From positions 1,726 to 65,725 of the forward strand of contig JAYWMN010000059.1 of NCBI GenBank assembly GCA_035873205.1: a stretch of DNA of 64,000 nucleotides, read 5' to 3'. This document shows positions 19,406 through 27,385 of this stretch, in pieces. Within the stretch, counting starts at the first letter, position 1. Every line of letters begins with the position of its first letter. This DNA comes from Nitrospirota bacterium (GTDB lineage: Bacteria > Nitrospirota > Leptospirillia > Leptospirillales > Leptospirillaceae). A program made the translations under genes and the position numbers. The notes beneath the pieces are model-generated. The model was given only the letters and a program-made list of their open reading frames with translations. It had not been told where the DNA came from and searched no databases.

Positions 19406-20815
19406 TTGTCGCCTTTTTTCTCGCCGTATATTCTCCGATCACTTTTAATACTATCTGTTTTTAATTATGATTTTTCCATGGCCATGGCTGGATCAACCCC
19501 GATTGCCCCGGATAATAAATCACAGATAGTTCTCCCGGGAGGCTCGATCAGACCTTATCACCTGACCCTTCGGGAGGCTCTCGAAATTGCCTTGAGGACC
19601 TATCCCGGACTGGGAGCGGCACAGGCCGGCGTCAATGCTTCCAAGGCGGGGATCGGCATTGCCCAAAGCCAGTACTACCCGACACTTTCCGGCACGACGA
19701 CCTATACCAGGGAAACGGGAAATTTCGGGCCCCAGCCCGGGTTTCCGTTCACGATTCCCGAATCTCCGGTATCCTTCGATTTCTACCAGGCCCAGCTCAC
19801 CCTCTCGGAGACGATTTTCTCCTTCGGACGCAGGCGTTCCCAGGTTCGTCAGAACCGGCACCTCTACAAGGCCAGCCGGAGCGAGTACCTGAAAACGATG
19901 CAGGATACCGTGCTCAATGTCGAAAAATCGTTCTTTCTGGTATTGAAGGACCAAAAATTGCTCCATGTGGACGACCTCACGATCGAGGACTACAAGCTCC
20001 AGAGAGATGTGGCAAAAATTCGGTATCGCGATGGAGTGGCGACATCCTATGACGTCCTCAATGCAGAGGTGAACCTGTCCAATGCCGGATTGACGAAGGT
20101 GACCGACAGGAACCAGTTCCGCATTGACAGGCTCGCCCTTGACCGGGCCATGGGGGTCGTTTCCAACAGCCCTTACCGGGTCGTTCCCCTATCCGGTCTT
20201 CCGATTCCCGGAATGTCCCAGGAAGGTGCCGTTGCGGTCGCGCTGCACAATCGTCCGGATCTCCAGAAGCTGACCCAGCAGGCCCTTGCCCAGAAGCAGG
20301 TGGTCAAATTCAACCAGGCCCAGTTTTTTCCGACGGTCCAGACTGTCGGGGCCTACAGCCTGGACAGCGAATTCTTTCCGCTGGTATACAACTGGTCGAT
20401 CGGAACGACATTGACCGTGCCGATTTTCAATGGATTCCAGTTTGTAAAGCAGACCGAACAGGCACGGGCCCAGCTGAAGCAGGTTCTTTTTCAGAGAGAG
20501 GACCTGCGACAGACGGCGATCGTGCAGGTAAAGAGCGATCTCTACAATATTGAGACCTCTCGGGAGAAGGTGGACGCCGATCGTGTCCTGGTCCGCCAGG
20601 CCGAACAGAACGTCTATCTGGTGGAGAACCAGTTTCGTGTCGGGACAGGAACCTCGGTCGCCGTCACTCAATCTGAAAGGGATTTGGCACAGGCCCGGGC
20701 CGACCTCGTTCGGGACCAGTCGAACTTGGGAATCGCAGTCGCTCAGCTAAAACACGATTTGGGAATCAATCTCGATCCGGTGACTCACAGACTTCCTCCC
20801 AAGGATCTCCCATGA
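19406..20815 (+). CDS. TolC-family outer-membrane efflux protein (paralogue 2)
   Basis: OEP repeats (YDVLNAEVNLSNAGLTKVTDRN; VAVTQSERDLAQARADLVRDQSN). The ORF is open from 19316. I prefer the in-frame TTG at 19406, which is preceded by GGAGAG and gives the signal-like SPYILRSLLILSVFNYDFSMAMA. The start is uncertain. Confidence 0.85.
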   Translation: MSPFFSPYILRSLLILSVFNYDFSMAMAGSTPIAPDNKSQIVLPGGSIRPYHLTLREALEIALRTYPGLGAAQAGVNASKAGIGIAQSQYYPTLSGTTTYTRETGNFGPQPGFPFTIPESPVSFDFYQAQLTLSETIFSFGRRRSQVRQNRHLYKASRSEYLKTMQDTVLNVEKSFFLVLKDQKLLHVDDLTIEDYKLQRDVAKIRYRDGVATSYDVLNAEVNLSNAGLTKVTDRNQFRIDRLALDRAMGVVSNSPYRVVPLSGLPIPGMSQEGAVAVALHNRPDLQKLTQQALAQKQVVKFNQAQFFPTVQTVGAYSLDSEFFPLVYNWSIGTTLTVPIFNGFQFVKQTEQARAQLKQVLFQREDLRQTAIVQVKSDLYNIETSREKVDADRVLVRQAEQNVYLVENQFRVGTGTSVAVTQSERDLAQARADLVRDQSNLGIAVAQLKHDLGINLDPVTHRLPPKDLP

Positions 20816-20831
20816 AAGGATTGTTGCCCCG

Positions 20832-21599
20832 GTGAGATTGCTTCTCTGGATATTGCTCTCTGCCGCCTGCGTATTCCTTGGCCAGTCACGCGTCCATGCG
20901 GACAGTCCGGAAGGGTCGCCGGTTCCTTCTCCCACCTCTCCGGGCCTTCCTCCAATTGATGAACGGGCTCTCGGGACGGACCAGAGATGGTCTGTCGCAC
21001 CGACCTTTTCCTACTACATTCTTCCTGGGGGCGGATTGTCCAGATTTCTCGACCAGGCATTCGGGGCGGGCGGAGAGATTTCCTACCGGCTGTTCGTTCC
21101 CGAAACAGGCCAGGGAAAGGCATCCGGAAACGAATGGAGAACTCACCTGCGATGGCTCGGAGATTTCTCCTATTTTCAGATGACGCCGGGTCCAACCCTG
21201 GCGCCGTCGATCTCTTCGAGCAGTTCCTCTCTTTTTTCTTCGGTCACCCCGAGTCCGACCCCCCCCATCCCTGGATCGGCCAGCATCACGGGGTTTATCA
21301 TAAGGACAGGCATCGCCTTGGATGTTCCCGAGGTTCTTCCGGAAAGGTGGGGGCTCCGGAGGGTCTTTGCGCCCTACCTGAGGGTCGATGCGGGAGGTGT
21401 GGATTTTTCCGTCTCGAACATGGGCTCCTTGACGGGGCATCCGTATGGGGTTCTTCTGGATCTCGGAGCCGGTGTGAGCCTTAAGATTCCCGAATATCCC
21501 TGGGGAGTCTTCGGAGAGGTCGACCCGACTCTTATCGATCTTGAGGGAAATATCCTGACCATTACGCCCCTTGTTGCTGGTATTATGTGGAGATTCTGA
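20832..21599 (+). CDS. small outer-membrane beta-barrel protein (paralogue 2)
   Basis: Signal peptide MRLLLWILLSAACVFLGQSRVHA and C-terminal ...LVAGIMWRF. It shares the block YLRVDAGGVDFSVSNMGSLTGHPYGVLLDLGAGVS with YIRADMGGVFASISDAGPQTGHPDGVLADTGIGIE of 11669..12409. Confidence 0.65.
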   Translation: MRLLLWILLSAACVFLGQSRVHADSPEGSPVPSPTSPGLPPIDERALGTDQRWSVAPTFSYYILPGGGLSRFLDQAFGAGGEISYRLFVPETGQGKASGNEWRTHLRWLGDFSYFQMTPGPTLAPSISSSSSSLFSSVTPSPTPPIPGSASITGFIIRTGIALDVPEVLPERWGLRRVFAPYLRVDAGGVDFSVSNMGSLTGHPYGVLLDLGAGVSLKIPEYPWGVFGEVDPTLIDLEGNILTITPLVAGIMWRF

Positions 21600-21644
21600 A
21601 ATTGTCGAACAGACGGACCCCCGCATGTTAAAAATGGAGTTGTC

Positions 21645-22271
21645 ATGGAAGAGAAGAACCTAGAGAATACCGGCGCGCCGAAAGAGAAATCTTCCGATTC
21701 GAAAATCAAGATTCCCAAAACTTTTCTTATTCTGGGAGGGGGATCGATCCTGGTCATGGTGGGTGCGGTGCTATATACGGTGTTTTTCTACCTCTCCCTG
21801 CCGAATCACCATGAACTCGATCAGGCTGGACAGACGATCCGGCATGTCCCCCTGCCAGTTCCCCCCAACACCTTTTTGCCGTCGGGGTCGGGGAAAACGG
21901 TCGACACTTTTGAAAAACCGGATTTCCGGCTCTCGGCAGGAACCTTGTCGAAGGCGATGACAGGATTTGATGCGACCTTCACAGTTCTCGCCAAAACAGA
22001 CGGGTCCGATGAGAACGGCCTGTCCTTCGCGGTAGCGGGGACTCCCCGGTGGGTCGATTCGAATCGCAATTCGGGAGAAGGAACCGCCGCTCTCTCGTCC
22101 GGGACGGTATTCAAAAAAGGACTTCCGGGGACCTTTTCCATTCATTTTTCAAGAATGCCGACGACCTCGGTCTTCGACATCTATATCGGACTGGTAGGTG
22201 TCCGGGGAATCAAGGGAGACCGGTATCTGGTCCATTTTTCAAACCTGAAGATATCGGCCCATTCTTCATGA
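21645..22271 (+). CDS. single-pass membrane-anchored hypothetical protein with a periplasmic domain
   Basis: 208 aa with one TM segment (FLILGGGSILVMVGAVLYTVFFYL) and then a soluble beta-rich region. I recognise no motif. Its stop overlaps the start of the ABC ATPase (ATGA). Confidence 0.55.
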   Translation: MEEKNLENTGAPKEKSSDSKIKIPKTFLILGGGSILVMVGAVLYTVFFYLSLPNHHELDQAGQTIRHVPLPVPPNTFLPSGSGKTVDTFEKPDFRLSAGTLSKAMTGFDATFTVLAKTDGSDENGLSFAVAGTPRWVDSNRNSGEGTAALSSGTVFKKGLPGTFSIHFSRMPTTSVFDIYIGLVGVRGIKGDRYLVHFSNLKISAHSS

Positions 22272-23029
22272 CGACGGAAACAGGGAAAACGGTCCTCACT
22301 GTCGAGTCGGTCAGAAAGCGTTATGCCGAAGAAGGAGCATGGGCTGTCGACGGGGTCTCTCTCGCGCTTCGTTCCGGAGAGATCGTGTCGATCGTTGGAC
22401 CGAACGGGGCGGGAAAGTCGACCCTGATCCAGATGATGCTGGGGCTTCTTGTTCCCGATTCGGGGTTCATCCGGCTGTTCGGGATCGATATGGTCCGCAA
22501 CAGAAGACGTGTCGCCCACCGGATCAATTATGCCTCCACTGATCTGAGTCTTCCTTATTCTCTCACGGTCCGGGAAAATCTCCTGGCCTATGCCCTGATC
22601 TACAACCAGAGAAACATTCGGGACAAAGTCGACCTCCTTTTGTCAGAAATGAATCTCGAGGGGGTTCAGAATGTCCGGGTCGGACGGCTGTCGACCGGAC
22701 AGATCGCGCGCATGGGCATCGCCAAGGCGCTCATCAACGATCCCGAGATCCTTTTTCTGGACGAGCCCACCGCGACCCTGGACCCGGAGGTGTCGTCCCA
22801 GTTGCGAACCTATCTTCAGGGGAAGGTCCGGGAAAGGGGGATGACCCTTCTCTATACCTCCCACAACATGAGAGAAGTGGAACGCTTCTCCGACCGTCTC
22901 TACCTGATGAACCGGGGGAAGCTCGTGGCGGAGGGAAGAGTGGCCGACTTGATGGACCGCTTCAGGACAGATGACCTTGAGGCTCTTTTCATGCAAATGG
23001 TCAATGTCGGGCTGGAAGAACATGTCTGA
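22268..23029 (+). CDS. ABC transporter ATP-binding protein (ABC-2 exporter type)
   Basis: Walker A GPNGAGKST, signature LSTGQIARM, Walker B ILFLDEPTATLD, H-loop YTSHNM. The start was trimmed to MTTETGK at 22268. Confidence 0.9.
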   Translation: MTTETGKTVLTVESVRKRYAEEGAWAVDGVSLALRSGEIVSIVGPNGAGKSTLIQMMLGLLVPDSGFIRLFGIDMVRNRRRVAHRINYASTDLSLPYSLTVRENLLAYALIYNQRNIRDKVDLLLSEMNLEGVQNVRVGRLSTGQIARMGIAKALINDPEILFLDEPTATLDPEVSSQLRTYLQGKVRERGMTLLYTSHNMREVERFSDRLYLMNRGKLVAEGRVADLMDRFRTDDLEALFMQMVNVGLEEHV

Positions 23030-23849
23030 TCGTTCCCCGTCCCCTCCTGTTCCCCTGTTTGCATGGCGTCCCGTTGCCGGGATTCTTTTCCGGCAAATCG
23101 TCCTGTACAGACGATCCGTTCCACGGTGGATGGAAATCTTTTACTGGCCGTTGCTGGATCTCCTGGTATGGGGCTTTCTGACCCTCTACCTGAAAAAAAT
23201 TCCCTCATTCATGCCGTCCGCTGTGACCTCCCTTCTCGGAGCCCTTCTTCTGTGGGACCTTCTGTACCGGGCCCAACAGGGAATCTCCGTGATGTTCCTA
23301 GAAGAGATCTGGTCACGCAACCTGATCCACCTCTTTATCGCGCCCATAACCCCGCTGCATATCGTTGCCGGAGCCATAATATCGAGTCTCGTCAAGGTGT
23401 TCCTCTCCTCGTCGGTGGCCGCCATTCTGGCTTACTTCCTTTTTTCCTTCAAGATATTCTCGATCGGGATCAATCTCCTCTTTTTCGTCCTGGCACTCCT
23501 GATGATGGGATGGTCTCTGGGCATCATGACAACGGCCATTATCCTCCGTTTTGGCCAGGAAGCCGAAGTCCTCGCATGGGGGGTCATCTTTCTCTTCCAG
23601 CCCTTCAGTGCTGTTTTCAACCCGGTTTCGGTGTTGCCGTCCGTTGCCGCGACAATCTCGAAAGGAGTCCCAGCCTCCTACATCTTCGAGGGGATGCGAC
23701 ATCTCCTGACTCATGGCACGCTGTCCCTTGGGGATCTGGGCATGGCCTTTTTTCTCGATGCCCTGTATGGGGCCTTGGCCCTCTTTGTCTATGCCAGGGT
23801 TCTTTCCAGAGCGCGCATCAAGGGATTCCACCTGAAGCTCGGATCATGA
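23022..23849 (+). CDS. ABC-2 type transporter permease
   Basis: About 275 aa with six predicted TM segments. An 8-nt overlap with the ATPase gene places the start at MSDRSPSPP (23022). Confidence 0.8.
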   Translation: MSDRSPSPPVPLFAWRPVAGILFRQIVLYRRSVPRWMEIFYWPLLDLLVWGFLTLYLKKIPSFMPSAVTSLLGALLLWDLLYRAQQGISVMFLEEIWSRNLIHLFIAPITPLHIVAGAIISSLVKVFLSSSVAAILAYFLFSFKIFSIGINLLFFVLALLMMGWSLGIMTTAIILRFGQEAEVLAWGVIFLFQPFSAVFNPVSVLPSVAATISKGVPASYIFEGMRHLLTHGTLSLGDLGMAFFLDALYGALALFVYARVLSRARIKGFHLKLGS

Positions 23850-23893
23850 ACTTGACGTTTGACTCCGATTTTACCAACGAAGGATAATGAAGT

Positions 23894-24628
23894 ATGGCAA
23901 AACGCCCCGTGATAGAGACTCATGTCGAATTGATCATTCCAGAAACACCGAGAGTCGCAACCTTCAGGCTCTCCCTGCCTTCAGAAGCGGGCTTCTCCTT
24001 CAAGGCCGGCCAGTTTGCGATGGCCTCCATTCCCGACTTTAAAAACGACAAGGATCGCCCCGTCCGGAGAGCTTATTCCATCTCGTCCTCTCCCCTCGAT
24101 CTTCAGAGTGGGTACCTTGAACTGACGATCACAAAAGTAGGGGAGGGAGGGTATTTTTCAAACCGGATCCACGAATGTGCGGTCGGCGATACCGTTCTTG
24201 TCGAAGGGCCCTATGGGTCCGCCTTTACTCTGGTGGAAAAGGAGGTCCGGCCCCATATCTTCGTCGGCGCCGGAAGCGGGATCGCCCCCCTGCGGGGGAT
24301 GATTCGGACGCTTCTTCTCGATCCTCCCGCCCCCGAAATCATGCTTGTCTACGGATTTCGAAAATCCGTCGACTTCATATTTGAAAAAGAGCTTTCCGGC
24401 TACGCGGCATCGGTCCCGGGCTTTTCGCTTGTTACGGCGCATTCCCGACCCGATCCGGACTGGAAAGGGCTTTCGGGGCGGGTGCCGGATATACTGCCGA
24501 GCCTTTTTTCAGGGTATTCGGGACAGGTGGTTTATATCTGCGGGCATCCGGAGATGGTGACCGGAACGGTGGAATTTTTCAGGCAACAGGGATTCCCCGA
24601 CGAGGCCGTCCGAAAAGAACAATGGTAA
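23894..24628 (+). CDS. FAD/NAD(P)-binding oxidoreductase, ferredoxin-NADP reductase-like family
   Basis: FAD-binding motif RRAYSISS (RxYS), a GGYFS segment and the NAD(P)-binding motif FVGAGSGIAPLRGM. There is no fused iron-sulfur domain. Confidence 0.8.
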   Translation: MAKRPVIETHVELIIPETPRVATFRLSLPSEAGFSFKAGQFAMASIPDFKNDKDRPVRRAYSISSSPLDLQSGYLELTITKVGEGGYFSNRIHECAVGDTVLVEGPYGSAFTLVEKEVRPHIFVGAGSGIAPLRGMIRTLLLDPPAPEIMLVYGFRKSVDFIFEKELSGYAASVPGFSLVTAHSRPDPDWKGLSGRVPDILPSLFSGYSGQVVYICGHPEMVTGTVEFFRQQGFPDEAVRKEQW

Positions 24629-24658
24629 GCGCTTCCCCTCAATCATGGAGGGTCTTTC

Positions 24659-25681
24659 ATGGATGAAAACCCGTCGAAACCACTACAGGAAACGGATTCT
24701 TCTCCGAACACCGGACGCCGGCCCGCTTCCCGGGAAGGCTGGAAATGGTACCTTGGCTTCATCTTTGTCCTGATCGCAGGCGTTCCGGCCCTCGTTCTTC
24801 TGGTGTTCTACTATCGGACGGTGGCGGCAACCTATTATATCACCAGAAATCCCCTTCAGCCCTCCTCCCGGATGATGGCCCAGACGATGGAAGGAGTCCT
24901 CATCGGCAACATGAGAGATCTTTCATCCACGGCAGAAAGCCTGACATGGTCCGGGTCCACTCCTTCTCCGGATACGCTGCGGGAGACTATCGGCAAATCG
25001 ATCCAGTCCGGGGAGCTCAGCGGATTTTCCGGGATGGCGGTGATCGACCGGAACGATCAGGTCCTCGCGACCCAGGACCAAAGGGATATCGGTCCCTTTC
25101 TCGATTCGGCCAGATCCCTGGCCCATGATCTTTTTGTCACAGGAGGAACTGCCAGAATCAGGACAATTTCCGTCCGGGGCCGGACGCCGATGACCCTGCT
25201 TCTGGTTGCGGTCAGGACAGGAAAAACAGACTCGGGGCAGGGGGGGGCCCTGGTAGGACTCCAGAATCTTTCTGCCCTGATGAACCGGTATATCCTTGTT
25301 CCGAAAATCCCTTCCTCTCCGGGCCGCTCTTACCTCCTCTCCTCAAGCGGAGCGGTTTTGGCCGCCTCCGACCGGACGATGGTCGGAAAAAACATTTCGG
25401 ACCTCGGGCGAAAACAGGTTCTCGAACGATTTCTATCGGGAAAATCCGGACCCTTTGTAAAGACTGTCGACGGAAAGCCTGTCCTTTTTGGATCGTCCCT
25501 GCTTGTCGATCTGACCGGTTTGTCTCAGGAGAACTGGTTTGCCGTGCTGGAAGCTCCAAAGAATGTTGTCGACGCCGTGGCCGACCGAATCCGCCTCAAC
25601 CTGGATCTCATTGTCTTTCTCCTTCTGCCGGCCTTCATTGGAATCGTTATCTTTCTTCTTTACAGGAGCCTCAGGGGCTGA
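24659..25681 (+). CDS. membrane protein with a Cache-like periplasmic sensor domain and no output domain
   Basis: TM1 (YLGFIFVLIAGVPALVLLVFYY), about 260 aa of periplasmic sequence with a double-PAS/Cache-like alternation, then TM2 (LIVFLLLPAFIGIVIFLLY). The ORF stops 6 residues after TM2. Confidence 0.6.
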   Translation: MDENPSKPLQETDSSPNTGRRPASREGWKWYLGFIFVLIAGVPALVLLVFYYRTVAATYYITRNPLQPSSRMMAQTMEGVLIGNMRDLSSTAESLTWSGSTPSPDTLRETIGKSIQSGELSGFSGMAVIDRNDQVLATQDQRDIGPFLDSARSLAHDLFVTGGTARIRTISVRGRTPMTLLLVAVRTGKTDSGQGGALVGLQNLSALMNRYILVPKIPSSPGRSYLLSSSGAVLAASDRTMVGKNISDLGRKQVLERFLSGKSGPFVKTVDGKPVLFGSSLLVDLTGLSQENWFAVLEAPKNVVDAVADRIRLNLDLIVFLLLPAFIGIVIFLLYRSLRG

Positions 25682-26069
25682 GGACCCGCAGGGAGGAGAG
25701 CCAGAGTTAACGCTGTTGGCCAAACAAGGGCAGTCCGCTTTCAGCGAATCTTCCGACCTTTCCAGTCCTTCTCGATTTTCCGGGAATCGTGTCGCCAGTT
25801 CTTTTTATGGTTCTTGGATTTGCAGGAATAAGTTTCTCTATGATCGCTTCATGATACCGGTAGAAGGATTTACTTTTACACAAAAGCTCAGAAAAATTCG
25901 TCCTTATGCGATTCTCGCCTTTCCGGTCGCTCTACCAAGGACTTCGACAAGATCCCTGTCAATCTTCCTCGTCTTCTTCCCGATCACCGCCAGCTTCGAT
26001 CTATGAGTCAAAATGTGCTGGGACTACGATATTCAAGATAGTTTAAGAGAATAAAGCCGGAGGTTTGCG

Positions 26070-26390
26070 ATGAGCAACGCTGTATCGGTAAACCATGCGA
26101 CGATGGATAGCGCAGGGGCCATGATCGCGTTTCACTTGAGCGCTCCCTACAAGCCAGGAATCGTTTCGGAACAGGATGTCTACGATGCCTTAAAACACGG
26201 GAGTCTCGCCGGAATCGCGTCTCCCGCAATGGACATTCTCGCTTCCCTTTTTAAAGAAAATTCCCCGACCTCCATTCTCAAACCGGTTTACGAATGCGGC
26301 TCATCGGTCGAAAACGTCCAGAAATTTTACGAAGAAATCATAGGGATGCCCTTTGGGCGTTCCCCCGAGTGGGAAAAAGTGACTCTTTAA
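26070..26390 (+). CDS. hypothetical protein, candidate partner (antitoxin) of the downstream AbiEii-like gene
   Basis: 106-aa ORF with a strong GGAGG 7 nt upstream. It ends 14 nt before the next start and I recognise no motif. The assignment rests on position only. Confidence 0.4.
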   Translation: MSNAVSVNHATMDSAGAMIAFHLSAPYKPGIVSEQDVYDALKHGSLAGIASPAMDILASLFKENSPTSILKPVYECGSSVENVQKFYEEIIGMPFGRSPEWEKVTL

Positions 26391-26404
26391 TCACCGGAGG
26401 TCCC

Positions 26405-27110
26405 ATGCCGCGGATCAGTAAAACCGGAATGGACCGCTGGCTCGCGTCGGGCGGATGGAAGAGTCTCGAAAAAAGAGCCTCCTACATTGTGTCCGATGCG
26501 GACGCGTCGGCCAAAAGCGGCCGACTGTCTCCCTTTCTGGGCGATGGAACCCGTCTGATGCTTGAGTTGAGCCATAGAATCAGCCGGGATATCGATTTGT
26601 TTATCCGCGATCCGCAATGGATTGGACTCATTTCTCCGAGGTTGAACGATAAAGTCGGAGATCTTGTTCAGGGGTATGAAGAGGACGCAACTTTTTTAAA
26701 ATTGAAGTTTTTTGAAGGAGAAATCGATTTTATCGTTCGCATGTCCCTTACGGGACTTGCCCCCGAATCTTCCGAAAAAGTCTTTTCTTGCTCGAACCGG
26801 TTGAAGAAGTTCTGGCGAAAAAGCTGGTTTATCGTGGAGCCTACCTGACCCCCGGGATCTTTTCGATTGGGCCTGTATCGAGTCGATGCATCCGAAGGCT
26901 CTCGACGCGCAAAGAATCGCCCGGGTGATCAATGCCCGGCTGGAAGGCATCCATCAATCCCTTGGACAAATGGAATCGAGTCCATCAGCCAGAAGGACAT
27001 GGGAACTGATTGAAACGTCGTTGGAATTGGATTTCGACAAGGCGGTCGTGTGGGGAAAAGGTCGACTGGAAGCCTTTCGGGATCTTTCTCTGACCGGAAA
27101 AGGGCAATGA
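26405..27110 (+). pseudogene. AbiEii/AbiGii-type nucleotidyltransferase toxin gene (DUF1814-like), disrupted by two frameshifts
   Basis: NTase core LGDGTRLMLELSHRISRDIDLFI. The reading frame breaks near 26790, where another frame continues LEPVEEVLAKKLVYRGAYLT. It breaks again near 26850, where the third frame continues PRDLFDWACIESMHPKALDAQRIARV... to the stop at 27110. GGAGG lies 5 nt before the ATG at 26405. Confidence 0.6.
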
Positions 27111-27385
27111 AATTTTCAAAAGGAATCTCCGAAAAAAAAGAAGGGCTCAGAACGTGAACCTGAAGATTGAGCCAGTTTGACCCATTGTCCATCGGACCTG
27201 CTGTCTGGGTGGACACCCAACATCAATCTTCAAGCTTTAAGAAGGCCAGGTTTTCATATTCCTTGTCATGGGCTGCAACCCGGCCCATGTTTCCCGATGC
27301 CAGGGGCCCCCGGCGTCCTCACGTGTCCAGAGGCTCTTTATGGTCCTCTGGTGAGGAAGAAGGGGCGATCCGGACGCATCCGCGA

